A DNA stretch of 64,000 nucleotides from Lingula anatina (lineage: Eukaryota; Animalia; Brachiopoda), in contig CM120647.1 of the NCBI GenBank assembly GCA_051362555.1, positions 9,052,001 through 9,116,000 on the forward strand, read 5' to 3'. Each line of letters begins with the position of its first letter. Position 1 is the stretch's first letter. A program made the translations under genes and the position numbers. Below are positions 14,696-29,094 of this stretch, piece after piece. The notes beneath the pieces were generated by a model. That model was not told where the DNA came from. It saw only the letters and a list, made by a program, of their open reading frames with translations, and ran no database searches.

Positions 14696-17600
14696 AAGAT
14701 ACAGTATGTAGGAAAAACATGCAAAAAGAAAGATAAAACTTTCTCATTCATCTCTCTCTTCTTACCTTCACATCCCTCTCCCCTCTTCACAAAACTCCCT
14801 AACAAGCAAACCTTTCCAACTCTTTTCTATACTCAACCTTCTCCTTCAGTCACTGTTTAAGTGTACCAAGCACCACTATAACATGCACTCCCAGGACTTT
14901 ATTCCCTGTCCCCCAAACTGTCACAACATTCCCCTTGTTCGAGCAAGCAATCTATAAGTATATAGCACTATTTTTGTGGAGGATTCATTGATAACTGATA
15001 ATACCAGGTGCACACAAAACTAGCTTTCTCCAATAAACGGAGGTAATAAACCCACTCCTATTTCAAACCCGCTTAGATTTTAAGACCGCGGTTACATCAT
15101 ACTCGGGGACATAAAATCGCCTGCTTTTTCTGAAGTAACAAAGGTTGGAGGTTATACTGACCATAACACTGACCAAAACACTGACCACATCTCTGACCTC
15201 CTCAGGACCCCCAAGGCCTGTTTAACAAAAGAACCTTTAACTGAAAGTTGGTCCAAACTTTTACAACAAAATGAACTTTTGACTACTTTAACCAAAGATA
15301 GTAGTCAAGAAATGTAGTGCCCATAATTACAAGGAAAGAAATGGCTGTTTTTTGCCAATAGCTTCTTTATTTAGTTGACTTTAGCATGTTTGTCTCAAAT
15401 TAAATTAAACAATGTTTTGACCAATTTTCGGTCTTAAGTTTCTTTGTAAGACCACTCCCAGGGCTACTTGGGTACAACTACCATAAAATCTCTGCAATTT
15501 TGATTGTGATTATTAATTGTTAAATCTTATGGCTATTCATTTGCCATATGTAAAAAAAAATGTGTTGAACATAATATAATTCCTATTTCTCTAACAATTT
15601 TCAATTCAATTCAAAAAGTTAGCAAGCGCTTTGAAATTATGTTCGTCTAACTTCCTTCCCCTCTTTGTTTTTTTCCCTTTTTTTTCAAAAGCTAATTTAT
15701 CTTTATTTTACAAAATTGTCATTTTGTTTCCTGTATGTGATATTCCTTATTCAAATAATTGTCTTTATACTGTTAATTACTCCACTGATTTAGTTTGCCC
15801 ACAATTACAAAACCACATTTTCAGACAAGAATTAGAAAATCATTAGTCCCTGATGAAATACTGCAGGAATCAAACTAACCATGTCACATAAAAAATCTCA
15901 ATATGCGACCTTATGTAACTAGAAGGGATAACAGATATATGTTGGTTTCCAGTAACCATGGAAACTGTGAGCTGTTCTCAACAAGTGTCCTAAAACAATA
16001 CCAGTGTAATTTTCATCCTAGAATTATATGGCTTTTGTCACTTCTACAACCAATCATTAGAGGCATCTGCAGGTATATAGATTTTATTTTATATATTTGA
16101 TTGCAAACACCCAAGTTTTGAAATCATGCCAATTACCAACAGGAGCTATGCCGACTAACTTTTTAACAACAGACATATTTTTTAAAATTATTATTATTAT
16201 TATTAATCAGGTCTTAAGTACTCTTTGGAGGCCTCTGTGTTATTGGTACTGTAAAATATCAAATACTTCACAAGAGAACAAACTGGTTTGCTTTTAAAAT
16301 TAAGGGTCTATCTAAAAGAAAAATATGGATGACCATTCCAACTTCTTTTAGGTAGATATCTGATTTTCTGCATTGTTAAGTATACACTTTCTACATTAGT
16401 CTTTGCCAATTCAAAAATTTTCTGCATTTGCTTTCAACTTTAAGTTTTAATCTTATTTTAAATGCAGTATATCTGGCAAAAAAGAAATTCATTTTCATGG
16501 ATTAAAATCCCATTTTCTGTCCCTTGTCTTGCCAGGAATAACACACTCAAAAATATCTGTTAGTATTTGTTACTATGTAGCTCAAAATTCTTCTTTTCCT
16601 TTTGCCATAAAAGTATGATCCAGTGATTTTAATCATTCACTGAAGGATATATTAAAGAAATATGCAAAATGCTGATGAGTCAGGGCCCCTATATTATGAT
16701 GGCCATACATTTTATAGATATTGTATTTTTTAGTTGTAAATTCTTACAGTTAGAACATTCCCTTTGAGTGATAGCAACAAAACTGATGAACAGGCTACCT
16801 TTTAGTTCTATTGTATACAGAAAAGGCACCACAAATGCTACACAAATATATCTTTTCAATCATTTTAAAATTATACATGTTAAAAATTGTTAGTTTTTCC
16901 TCACTGAAAAGACTGAGTTATTAATGTACATGTATAGACTTTTGCACAACAGTGCATATTCACCATGTTCAAAGAGTTATTTTTATATAATTTTCAAACC
17001 TGACATTCCTGGTGCACAGAGTTGACTCTGAGTGCTGAAAAGTTAATCCACCTCAAGTAGATTCCACGTTTCCTGGTCTCATATGATGTCAAACAAATTC
17101 AATGTTGACAGCCTTACTCACGGGGATGAGACATTTTCGCTCCCAAGAAGTCAGAAAAATCCCATCCCTGTATACGCCCTATCTCAGACAAATTTTCCAT
17201 TAGTTAAAACTTGAATGAAGTACACATACGCTGACCCTTTTGTATAATATCAATCCAACTTGGTCATAAAAATAGCCTGTGATTTGCAAATTGTCTGAAA
17301 AAGAGGATAGGAAGCCCTTAACAAAAAATTAACAGGTATTCATTTCTGCCACACAGTATTAACAACTTGGTAATTTTGTAAGTGCTTTGGCAACCAGCAA
17401 AATTATAACTAATGATTCTTAACTTTCCCAAAAGGGTATCAATGTAATGGCATCTATCTGAGGACAATGGTTTCATTGTCATCAAAATCTTTATTACTGA
17501 TATTAATATTATTATTATTATGGCAATTAATTATTTTTGCCAGCCAAATCTTTTTGAACAAACATCTTTTTGATCAAACATTTTTTTTCTATAACAATTT

Positions 17601-19812
17601 CCTTCTTTTCTCTCTTTTTCAATCATTGAGCATTCATTTTGCAACCAAAACGATGCTTGTGCTTCCTTTTTACAACCACAGCGATGCCAGTTTCATGGTC
17701 GCAGAAAGGCCGCCGACTAGTGTAAAGGGGATTTAGTTAACCTATAACTCAAAATTTTGGACTATTTTGGAAAACTTTTCTGGCTAGTTCAGAAATATGG
17801 CTAATGTTAATTGGATAAGAATTCAGTGGTGACAAATTGTTCAATCAATAAAAAATTTAATCAATTAATTATAATGAGAATTGGGCTCTATAATGGTTAC
17901 TTTTCCAGTTATTTCATACTATCCACCCACACACAAATAAAAAGAAGGGGGCAAAAAAACACAATACTCTAGCTACATTGATCAATTTACATGCGCGTGC
18001 CCGTGAGTGACAAGCCATCTCGCCCCTACTGAGAGGATCACAGATGTGACACCAAGGTCGCGACCTCTCAGCGTCTGATGACAGCGCTCAGCTGAAAGCT
18101 TGGTGAGGAGCTTTGTCGCCGGCCCCACAACATATGATGAGAGTTTTTTATCAGTCTTATTGTGGACTGCTGGGAGGTTTGTCTAAAATGTCCACACTTG
18201 CTTCATTTATCTTCTTTTTTTTTTTTTTGCTTAATCCTATAAAGTGCTCATGGTGGGCAAGGGTAGTGAGCAGGCTAAGAAAGAGCAATGGATTAAGTTA
18301 CAAATTTGACAGCTAATGTGAAGAACCTTTGGTCCATTCCGTTTTTTTTTTTTTTCCTCCAATTTTTTTGTCTCTTTGGTTGTGGCTTCAAGTGAATAAT
18401 TTTCAGCATTTTAGGGCATTCATATGCTGCCTTCTTCTCATCAGGTTAGTGAATTTCAACTACGTGCTTCAGTAAAAACAAAATCTTATTTTAGAATAGC
18501 AATTTCTTTTTCTTTATTAGCACATCTTTATTATGGTATCAACACCATAATATGTTTCCACTATTCATATCCCATTAAGAAGGGACACATTTTCCCTTGT
18601 TAGACAGTGATAACAACAAAGATTCACTGAGCATTTTCATTATTTTGGGCACTGTAATAACTCGGATATCCTTTCTCATTAGGTAGCAATAAATAATCTC
18701 TGAGAAATATGGTCCAAAGAGTGTCCAACGCACTTAGCCCTGGACCAATTAATTAGCAGATGGGGAAAATTTCCGCACATAACATGCAGCTAATTTCACA
18801 ATGGTGAATACGTCTGTCTGTTTTATTATCTTTTTCTTATTGCTTCATGGTTTTTCATTTAAAATTCCCTTTGAAGCGAAAAACAAAGGCACACAAGGAA
18901 CACAATTCACAAATGTTTATTTGCAATGCGGGTTTATAATTTACTTGACCACAAATTTTCTTTTCACGAGAACTTAATCAAAAAGTATTAGTTTGTGACT
19001 AACATTGTGATCTGATATAATAAATAAACAAAATGGACTTTGTTTACCTCTTTTGGTATGATATTTACCTTTACAACTCAAATATTGCAATGAATACATA
19101 TTTTTGAAAAAACGAATAAAAACAACTTCACTGTCTATATTTTTCTAATTCGAGTTCTTTGGTGTTTTTTTTTTTTTTTTTCGTCTTCTGTCATTGTCAT
19201 TGTTTTACTTTTCTTGAATTAAGTACATGACAAAAGTACAACACTCCATTAAATTCTCATCATGTCTCTCTGTATTTTATCTCTTATGATTTTTCCTACT
19301 TTTTCCACTACACTCACAATTAATCAATCTCGGAGGTAGCAAATTTTATAACAATCCCACAACCTCAAAACAAATCATCAAAAATCCACCCAGACCCCAA
19401 AACCCAGAGTGAAGTATCAGATACCAAAACTTAATAGCCACACAGTCCATCAAGTTCATACCTATCAATTTTCCTCTATTTAAAATACATGACCCTCGAT
19501 CCAACAGTCCCACAGGAGAATTGCAGTGCCTTATACAATAATCCAAAAGTAAAACTGCACTACATAATACACAGACAACCAAATGCGAAAGTGGCATGTT
19601 GGACGTTTTTATAAGTATGGCAGCTCCGCTGGGGAGATTCTATGATGCACTGGCTTCCATTGTTCCATGTAAGTCCATAGTGACGATGATATAATGTGCG
19701 AGAGGAGATAGCATTTTGGTGGCCAGAAGGTGACCCGCAATCAAATAAATGGAAAAAGGGCATCCCGTGATCCACTAATGAACTTCCCGGCATAGAATGA
19801 GAAAATTAACAT

Positions 19813-19945
19813 CAGGAATGAGAATGTCATTTAGTGAAAAAGTTGGAAAATATGGCTTGGGGTCCAGGGAGCCACCTAGGCAATGATGCATTTGGCTTCC
19901 AAATAGTGGAAAAATCGGCCGATAGTCATAAAAGTTTCATCCTTG
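19813..19945 (+). mobile_element. Degenerate hAT-like MITE; related copies at 20653-20820 and 30812-30870
   Basis: CAGG(A/G)(A/T)TGA termini with a decayed inverse TTTCATCCTTG. A core like GTCATTTAGTGAAAAAGTCTGAAAATATGGCTTGGGGTC is shared by three loci. Confidence 0.5.
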
Positions 19946-22900
19946 TGACCTTCTCTATTTTGGTTGTAACTGGACAGAAAAAAAAACTAGAAACAAAACA
20001 ATTACTTTTTTAAATCTACTCTCAAATTATTTTTTTCTTTTCTAAAGAAAAAAGCTATAAGTTTATAAATGGTGCAAATATTGACTGAAACTGTTTCAAT
20101 GCTGATTTGTTTGCCCATTTATTCATCATTAGTTTATTTGCTTATTTACCTATCTTTCTATTTTTAAACCATTTTTGTAGGTTCACAAGTCAACCTTGTC
20201 AGAAATAACAATTATTACTCTCTCAACTTCATATTACCAAAGTGACTATGGCTCATGGTCAAAGAGGTCTCCAAACAAACAAACAAACAAACAAACAAAC
20301 AAACAAAAAAAATCACAAATCTGAATCTTGAGTATCAGATTTGATACCTGAAATATTAAAGTAACCTACAAACAGTCCCAAAGTCAAATACCATTATTGG
20401 CAAATCAACTCGTAAATCCCCCAATTCATTTCATAGTTATCTCATTTTCATTTCACTTACTTCATCTGAAGTAATTGGACGATTTTCTTGTCTCAGCTTT
20501 AATGGTAACTCATCACAGTGAAACCGCAAATTGCTTCCAAAAGGTGATTCAGCGTTAAAAAATGCTGGGTAATTTACAAAGTTGCATAATAGTTTCCTGT
20601 GAGTAAAAAGAACTGAGTGGACTCTTTACTGGTTACTTTTCTGATAAAAACTCAGGGTTGAGACTGCCATTATGTAAAAAAGTCTGAAAATATGGCATAG
20701 GGTCTTGACCTACCCCCCCCCCCCCCTCCAATATTTTATTGCATACCTGCATCGATCTTAAAAATGATATTTTTGGCTTCAATAAAGTAAAAAATCTGCC
20801 AATAGTAGGAAAATCTCATCATAAACTTATTATGATTACATTTTTCATTTTTGTATGTTTAAGCTTTGACTTCGGTGGCCATTTCATATTTCCAATCTAT
20901 TCAAAATAGCATGTGTGCCTATGTTCATTTGTATTCCTTTTCCTATCAAATATAAATGCAACTGACAGGTTTATTATGAATTTGAAAAAAAAAATATCCC
21001 AAAGAATAATACTTTTGGGGGCTGTAAATTTTTCATAAAGAATCAGAATTCTCATTTTTTAAAAGTAATTCAAAACATGAAGAAATTCTATTCCCAATCA
21101 AAAATTTCACTTCATCTTTTTTTGTACATTTTTTTTAACCTTAAAAACAAATTTTTGTAGATCTTTTTTCCTTTTTGTATTTTTGTGCTTCAAAAACTTT
21201 CTTTCATTCCCAAAGTTTCACAGTATCAACATCTGCAGACGATGTATTATAAATATTTCAATGAAGAGTGTCTGGCAATGTGAAAAAACTATGGTCTTCA
21301 TGACAAAATGACAAACTCCTGACAATCACATTATGCCCTGACAAACTATAAAATTCATGATCTTGCGTCATTTCATAATATCAGCGGCACAGATGCTTAA
21401 CCATCCATTACATATCACACAATCTGCAGGCAAGGGATGAATTTTTAATTCTTTTTTTACGAAATAGCAGATGCACACAGTTCAGAACTAATTGGAAAAT
21501 GAAGGCTGGGTTATGCAAGAAAAATGCCTGCAACTACCTGTATGTTCACTACAAATCTTCCGTCTGAATATTTAGTGGTCAGCGAAAAAGAAAAGACCTT
21601 GGAAGATGGTAGGACGCAATTTCTTTGTGGTTTCTTTGTCTGGTGATAATTTTTCCTTACATTATTTAGTTTCAGCTTTCCACCTGTCGGTGGCCAACCA
21701 CACATGCTACAACTATTTCTGCTCCTTTCTTTGAGCATTTAAAACAATTTTTTGTCTCTTAATTTCTTCTCTTTAATATTAGCGATTCCTTCTAATTTAA
21801 AATAACAATTTTCAATATCAATCACATTATCCATGTTTTATGCTCCTTTTTTAATGAGGTTTTAACTTTTGGAAAATGTCATGTGTACAAAACAGGCATT
21901 CCATTTTATCATTATTTCAATATTTGAAAATCAGTAATTCAATAATTCAAAATCACTGTCAAATAGTTCTTGTATCATCAGTCTAGCCTTGACTATAAAT
22001 CTGAATGCTAAATGTGCTTATTATTGTTCCAATAATTATACCTTGCTATCAAAATTTATTCCAGTTTTTAATTTCCAATTAACACTTTCATGGTGACGTT
22101 CTCTCTGCCTTTTTCTATGAATACCATCAATTTCATTAGAGAACAAATCTGGTGTGGTTTCTTGATTCTGCTGTCCATTGATCCATCAAAATTTCTCAGC
22201 ACCCCTATGCAAAGTACTAAAATTACTGGGAAATGGGAAATATTTTCTTCTCAAGAATACAAAAGCAGGATAATTAGCATTCAGATTGATATTAGGAGAT
22301 GCCCTGGTGCAAACCAGCAGAGAATCAATTCATAAGAGACCAAATGCAGCCAGAAAAATACTTCAAGAGATCCCATTTAATGGATGACATGGAAAATATG
22401 AAATGTGGGTTCTTCATTCAAATGTAAAGATATGCATTTCCAGTGAGGGATGTTCTTATGTTCTTAATTTCTCATCTATTTTCCACTTGTAGAGATAGAA
22501 GGCAAAATTAATGATGTCTGCATCTAATGCTGTATCTTTTGGTTATTTTCAACTAATGAAGTTCCATACAGAGAACGAAATGCTGTTGATTTCTGAGAAT
22601 GATGAATTGTCTTAATAGCCAGAAAACCTTTAAACTATAACTATACATATATATAAAAGGTGGACCCTGCAAGATGTAAATCATTCAACCTTTAAACACT
22701 GTTTCACACTGGAGATAGTTTGTGTTGGCTACCAAATTTTCCCATAAAAATCCTCAAGCCAGCACCAAAGATACAGCCTCTTCCTCTTACATAAGACCCA
22801 ATGTTGATAAAGAACCCCCTATGAAAAAGAATAAAAGTTACGGAAATGTTATTATGCAAGACTAACCTGGTGGTTAGTTGGCTCTCAATCCAAAAGGATA

Positions 22901-25724
22901 ATTATTCTTTGTCCCTTGGTATAAGGAAAAAAAGGAGAAAAAACAGCACCTTTTTTTTCCTTTGGGGGGGGGGTATTTCTTCGCATTGTACAATCAAATT
23001 AGTTTTTTTTTTCTTTTCATAAACAACATCAGTGCAACAAAACTAATAGGAATAAGTTCCAACATGTTTGTTAAAACAACTTGCTAAGCATCTTCTTTTT
23101 AAAATATATTTTCTGAAATATTGTAACTGACATATATTTACAGGTTTCACTACATACAATATTGCTTTTGTCTGGAGTTATCCATCAAAATCAAAATCCA
23201 TCATCTACATGTTCAAAGAATTGATGTTTGTATGTCTGCAATTAATCAAAACAAAAACAATAATGACCAAGGGGTACTCAAATTTCAGAAATTGGACTCG
23301 ACTAATATATGCCACAGCCACACCAGCCTTGGAAATTTTTTTTACAGCTTTAAAGAAACCAATCTAAAGAGCCATTTCCTGTTGGCATTGAATAACCTGT
23401 ATGGCGTAACTGGTCAATTTCCTCAAAGTACTTGTTCATTACACTTCAAGTGGCACTCTCCTGTATTTGGAGGTTGCATAATATGCACCAGCTGTGGGTG
23501 GTTTTTCTCATTTTTCTTGTGCTGGACTCAAGTCAAACCCTGGGGAGTTTATTGAGAAAAATAACAGATGGACTTGAAAGGAGTGCGGGGCATTACTTGG
23601 CGCTTTTTCTTTGCCTTAAAATGCCGATCCCCACTCCACCTGTGACTTAAAATTTGAATGTACTCTTCAACAATTGCCATCAGTTGATTCGAAGACCAAT
23701 CAAGGCCTGCTCAAATATATTAACACCGCTTTTGTGAAAAATAGTTCTCTCCAAAAATACAAGTGGCTTTTATAAAAAATTAATAACTACAGAAATGCAC
23801 CTGCTTATTAAGCAGTTTGGATGAGGAAATTATGAACTACAGAATGAGGATTTCTAATAACTGGATACTGTAATGCTTTATTTTTTTCTTATAAGGACAT
23901 ATAAACAACTGCATCTCTTTCTTTAAGTGTGAGCATGTACTTAATTTTATATTTATTCTGTGTTTATTTAAAGAACAAAGAAATAATCATTTTCATTTTC
24001 CACCACCAAACAAAAAATCCCTATAATGTCCCTGGGGGGGGGGGGGGGGGGGGGGGGGGGGAGAGGGGGTTATGATAAAAAACAGCAATTTCATCTCTTA
24101 TATTTTTTCAATCTAAGAGAATTTTTGGCAAACAAAAGAATAAAAAACTAAAAAAAATAGCCCACTAAGACTTAACCTTTATACATAAAGAAAACACCTA
24201 CAAGGGCAGCAACTGCAGAATCACCAATTCAATACCAACCACTCTCTGCCTAACCTATCTCAAAAATGTAAATAAAAACAAGCATTTTTTTTTTTGCACC
24301 TACAGCCACTTCTCCTTTTCCTTAGCCCTTTTAATTAACAATGAGAAAAAATGGCAGACTTAGAGTCTCCATTGGGAAAAAGGGAATTGCGTAAGAGCTA
24401 TTTTCTACCCTGAAAAATACACGCTGGTTATGTAACTCTGTCAATTTGATATGTGGACACATGGTTGACGACCAACTGCCCCTGAGCCCAGAAGAGAAAA
24501 AATATAAAAAATCATGATAACAGTAATTACTCATGAATTTCCTATGGCCTCTTGTTTCCATATCCTGTGAAATTATATGTAAATTATATACACTTTACTG
24601 AAAAAGCCTCTAATGGTACACTTTGAGAGAGAGAGAGAGAGAGAGAGATGAAATAATATACATCACAGTTCATCTTTCCCAAACATGTTAGTTCCAAAAG
24701 CGGATTTCAAAGGCAGTGTTTTTAAATCCAATTTAAGCAGTCTTACACCCAAAAATTCAAAACTTTTTTTTGCAAAACAGGACCTCAAGACATTTTCGTA
24801 ACAGACCTAATTTAGTGTTTACTTTAATACCATTTTAGTGTGCCTATAAAGCTAGGATAAAAAGGCAGTGCCCAATCTAGTTTTTAAAAAGACTTGCTGT
24901 AGTTGTTCAATAATATGAAAGAAATGACCAATTTTTCAGACAACCAGTAACTCTATTTTTGTAACCAGAACAACAAAATTAAATAAATCAAGACCTCTCA
25001 GTCAAATGGATTTCATAAAATCAGCCAGCTTAGACTTCTGCCATTGCTAAACGTAAATAATAATATTAAAAATAATGTTCAAAAAATCTAAGAGATCCAG
25101 AATCAGTGACCCACCCTTCATTTCTTCTTTCATTCCTGAATGACTACTCATCCTGAAAATTTATTAATTTGTGAAGCACTTTTTGAGACAATAATTCCAA
25201 CACTTTCACTGGCATAATGGGGTAGGAGAAGAGGAGGGGGTGTGTGAAACCTTTTTTTGGCAGAGATAAGAAGTGACCATTATCTGGTCATCGGATGAGC
25301 ATTTGCCTGGTTTAAGGTCAAATTCCATCCAGAGATGGACCAAGGTTAAAGGTATCACATGTCCAAAAGCACTACATACATAATTATATAAGACTTCCTC
25401 TCTCAGGGCACTTGCCCTCAATTCTTTATCAGTTTGTTTTAAGTAGTGACCAGACCAAGGAAAAATAGTTTGACTTTGTATGGGATAGGGTGGCCACTAA
25501 CTGCTAGTAAGAGGGGTGCTGGTGGATGATGGGGGGGAGGGGGGGGCTGTCAAGGAGTAGGGATAAGAAACATAATGCTGAGACTCCATATTTAAAAAAT
25601 TAAATCAAACATGGCTTTATTTTTGTTCAAGGAATTGTATCAATGCAGAATTATGTTAAGGACTTAAAACATTAATATCTTTTTTTGTGAATTTTAGAAA
25701 TGAGCAATACAAAAATTACACTAA

Positions 25725-25930
25725 GGGACCATTCAGATTGAGAAGAGGCGAGTGCTAGTAAGGCCGCAACCTAAATATGGCGGACCTACATGAAATGAAG
25801 ACCGCTATTCCTGTAATGGTCCCTCCATCTCTCACACGCCTCCCCACGCGTTGTCCCTGCAGGGGCACAGTAATTAAATCTCGGCTCAATTCAACCAGTC
25901 GAGGGACAACGTGTAGGGAGGTGTGTGAGA
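25725..25930. mobile_element. Truncated copy of the palindromic MITE at 31008-31280
   Basis: TAA|GGGACCATTCAGATTGAGAAGA terminus. Shares CTAAATATGGCGGAC.TACATGAAA and CTCACACGCCTCCCCACGCG with the 31-kb copy, with the loop in the opposite orientation. Confidence 0.7.
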
Positions 25931-26458
25931 AAAAACTACTTCCAATGCCTCACTCCAAAATATATGCAAAAGATAAAAATCAAAATGAAACAAAGTTAGG
26001 AGAATCTGACATTTTAACATAAAACCACACAACGGATGTCACTGCTTTAAATAGCAAAAAGTTAAAATAGAGTGAGTATTAAACAAAATTATTGTTATTA
26101 ATTTTCCTGGAAATTTCAGCAATTTTCTCTTTCTCAACAATTAAAAAATATATATAGGCTGTTCTCTGTAAACCTTTCAACAAAGTAGATTTATTTTGTC
26201 AAGTGGCATCAACAGAAGTAAGAATTTAACACCTATAATACCAAGATACAGTAATTAATAAGATCAACAGTGCTGTTTGTAGGTCTTAAAATATTTAAAT
26301 ATTTAAACCTAGAGCTGTCACAAAAGAGCAATCAATCTTTCATTTAATTATTTCTCCAAACTACACATAGGGGTGACAACATAACCTCGTGTTACAACAA
26401 TTATGAAGGGAAAGTATTGCAGCTTTTATAATTGATGCTGTTACAGTCGTAAGCTGAC

Positions 26459-26550
26459 CAATGCAGGTGCACCGATGTTTTGTTCACAGCAACCGTTATT
26501 GATGTTTGGTCGTTTCTCGAGCTTGTTGTTGTTGTTGTTGGCGTTGACAT
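26459..26550 (-). CDS. Candidate alternative first coding exon (MSTPTTTTTSSRNDQTSITVAVNKTSVHLH + phase-2 codon)
   Basis: ATC-ATG start, 30 codons plus 2 nt, then a weak donor TG|GTCAGC. Locally CpG-containing with a (CAA)6 run. No homology. Confidence 0.2.
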
Positions 26551-26908
26551 GATATTGGCTTCTGTCTCAATTCAATAACTGGCTAATAGACGAGTTTTTA
26601 TCACATTTGAAAATGTCAAAACATTTTGAATAATTGTAATGATAATAATTCCTATAAAAGCACACCTATTGAACCCAAAGTGTATGATTCAATGGCATTT
26701 TCAAATGCAATTGTAACATCTAATGTCCACATTACACTGAAAAGAGTAGAGTGTGGGTTCTTTCCTTTCCTTAAATGTACATGTGTGGATATTCAATATA
26801 CTTTTTTTTTTCTACTTAAATTAATATATAACATTATGTATTTGTCTACAGGCATGCATCTGTAAGAACTGGAGTTCACAGGGATGAAAAAAGTATGAAA
26901 ATGTGTGG

Positions 26909-27081
26909 CTGGGGTGGCGCTAGCAATTTTTTTCATTTAGCCAAATTACTACTTTTTCATTGCTTTTTTGTCCAAATGGTTTAAATTTGACTAAAATCGG
27001 TCAAATCAACCCTATTTTGTTTAGCCAAAGTCAGTCAGTTTTAGCATTTGGCTAAAATGGCGAGTGTAAGCGCTACCCCAG
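26909..27081. mobile_element. hAT-like MITE with 5-bp TSD
   Basis: TIR CTGGGGTGGCGCT / AGCGCTACCCCAG with TGTGG directly repeated on both flanks. Internal TTAGCCAAA / TTTGGCTAA repeats. Confidence 0.7.
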
Positions 27082-27181
27082 TGTGGGGTCCATACCCGAA
27101 TTCCTCAGGATAACTGTCCAGAGAATAAAAATTTTATCTACAGCCGCATTCGCAGCCAGATGATCTCATACACAGACTAAC

Positions 27182-27315
27182 TAGTCTGTGGATCAAATAT
27201 GACCCTTCCCACTTCAAAGCATCCCAAGATTTAATTGCTTAGCCTCTGCTGGGACAGCATTTATGGGAGGTGGGAATCCATTGTCAAGTGCACGCCATAT
27301 TTGATCCACAGACTA
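27182..27315. mobile_element. Academ-like MITE (family A, TAGTC...GACTA)
   Basis: Perfect TIR TAGTCTGTGGATCAAATATG / CATATTTGATCCACAGACTA. Related copies at ~29020-29060, ~30885-31003 and 51946-52138. The superfamily call rests only on the TAG...CTA termini. Confidence 0.7.
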
Positions 27316-27353
27316 GTTAGAGACAATATCCAGATCCTTTCATACTAACCGTA

Positions 27354-27543
27354 GATCGATCTATCTCCGAGGGGATTCTCGCTAAATTGCAATCGACTTA
27401 AGCAGCTTAGATGTCTGGCACACCTACTGAAGCTGCTAGGGGGTAATTAATTATTGTTTAGCAGCTTCAGTAGGCGTACCAGACATCTAAACCGCTTTAG
27501 CTGAAGGCAATTTAGCAAGAAACCCCTCAGAGATGGATCGCTC
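27354..27543. mobile_element. Palindromic MITE core (family B)
   Basis: ~85-bp imperfect inverted arms (GATCGATCTATCTCCGAGGGG...CCTACTGAAGCTGCTA / TAGCAGCTTCAGTAGG...CCCCTCAGAGATGGATCGCTC). Homologous to 52143-52387. Confidence 0.75.
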
Positions 27544-27725
27544 CTGTTTGAGCGAGCAAGGTTTGGGAAACCAGTCCTAGTCTACAGATCAACTGGTTGT
27601 TAAAGCAGCTTAATGGAGAGTGTTACCCATAGCACTATCCAGTATTGATGAAATTGATGGGCTGTATTGTATTGCTTGTATTGAACAAATTATGTAATAA
27701 AAAAACTGTGTGGATAATTTTAAAC

Positions 27726-27889
27726 CAGGGGCGGATTGAGGGCATCTTCTGGGTCTTTCGGAAGACAGTCAGATTTAACATTGACGGTTATCTTTTTTTT
27801 TTTCTGTCAGAAGATGGTAAAAAAATGGAGGATGGATCAACAACGATAATTTGGAAGACTGTCAGAAAATATCTCTGGATCTACTCCTG
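27726..27889 (+). mobile_element. hAT-like MITE (CAGGGGCGGA-type), probable 5-bp TSD
   Basis: Imperfect TIR CAGGGGCGGATTGAG / CTGGATCTACTCCTG with flanks TAAAC / CAAAC. An inverted degenerate copy lies at ~35157-35313. Confidence 0.65.
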
Positions 27890-29094
27890 CAAACACCTCT
27901 AGTTCAGATAATCACAACAATATACAGTACGCTTTATGACACAACACCAACTAATAACTTTTCAAGACTTTTTAATCAAAGGTTTATGAACGAAACAAAA
28001 TATTTCTAAGAGAAAATTAGTCACTGATCTTGTAAAGAAGTAGTAATTATGGTGTAAAAGTATCTTTTAGCACTGGAGTTATCACCTTATAGTTGGCCAA
28101 TTTGCAATTAAAACTGCGGCAATGACTATAAGTCTGCTAAAATCTTCATTTCTCACAGGATATCCATTTTCCCATACATCCTCACTTTGCAATATAATAT
28201 ACTAATAACTGCTAGGTTTCCATAGCTTTAAGAAAACAATTACTTTTTCTGCCATGCGGTTGGTTACATAACAGAACTAACTATGGGGGAAATAATACCG
28301 CCATAATGCTGGCATAATAAAGATGCTCAATCTGAATCACCTTTTGTATGACAAGAATATTATATTTCTTTTCAGTAGAAGCTATCGTTTCTTTTTATTC
28401 TCTACATAAAAGGACCATTTTATTTATTTGCCAAAGCTGGTGACCGGATATTCAAAAGAGATAAACACAGCAGATATAACCTCAATTGTAGTACAGGATT
28501 TTTTTTATTTGAGTCATGCAAAGATTCAAATTAGACAATTTTATAATCAATGTTTAAGTGGCCCTAACTGAAATTGTATTTAATACCTATTTTTTTTATT
28601 TAGGGTGAATCAGTGTCTGACCCATTCTTGATTTTGAATTGGATATTTTTGTTACCATTTTTTAATTTTCTACAAGTTATCAATTTTGAAACTGATGAGA
28701 ATTCACTATTATTTACCATTTACTAATCATAGATTAAATAGTATATGTTTTTCTTTTTAGCTTAAAATATCTATCAGCTACATGAATTGAACTTAAATTT
28801 ATTAAATTTTCAAAATTGAAATACAAAGACTTTTTATATAACTCTAAGAGCAGATGTAACAGTCTCAGAGCATGGTAAGAAAACTGAATAGTGTTTTAAA
28901 GTCGTACTTATAATGGTGATAAATGATAGGATTTTAAATTTAACCTTAATTTTGTCAATTTGTTAAAACACAATAGATTATTTTTGGCCACATTCAGAAA
29001 AGTTGAAATGCAAACTAACTGGTTGGTGAATCAAATATGGCTGACCCACTTAGAAGCGATGCCACTAATCCCTTAAATGCCCCCCCCCCCCCCA

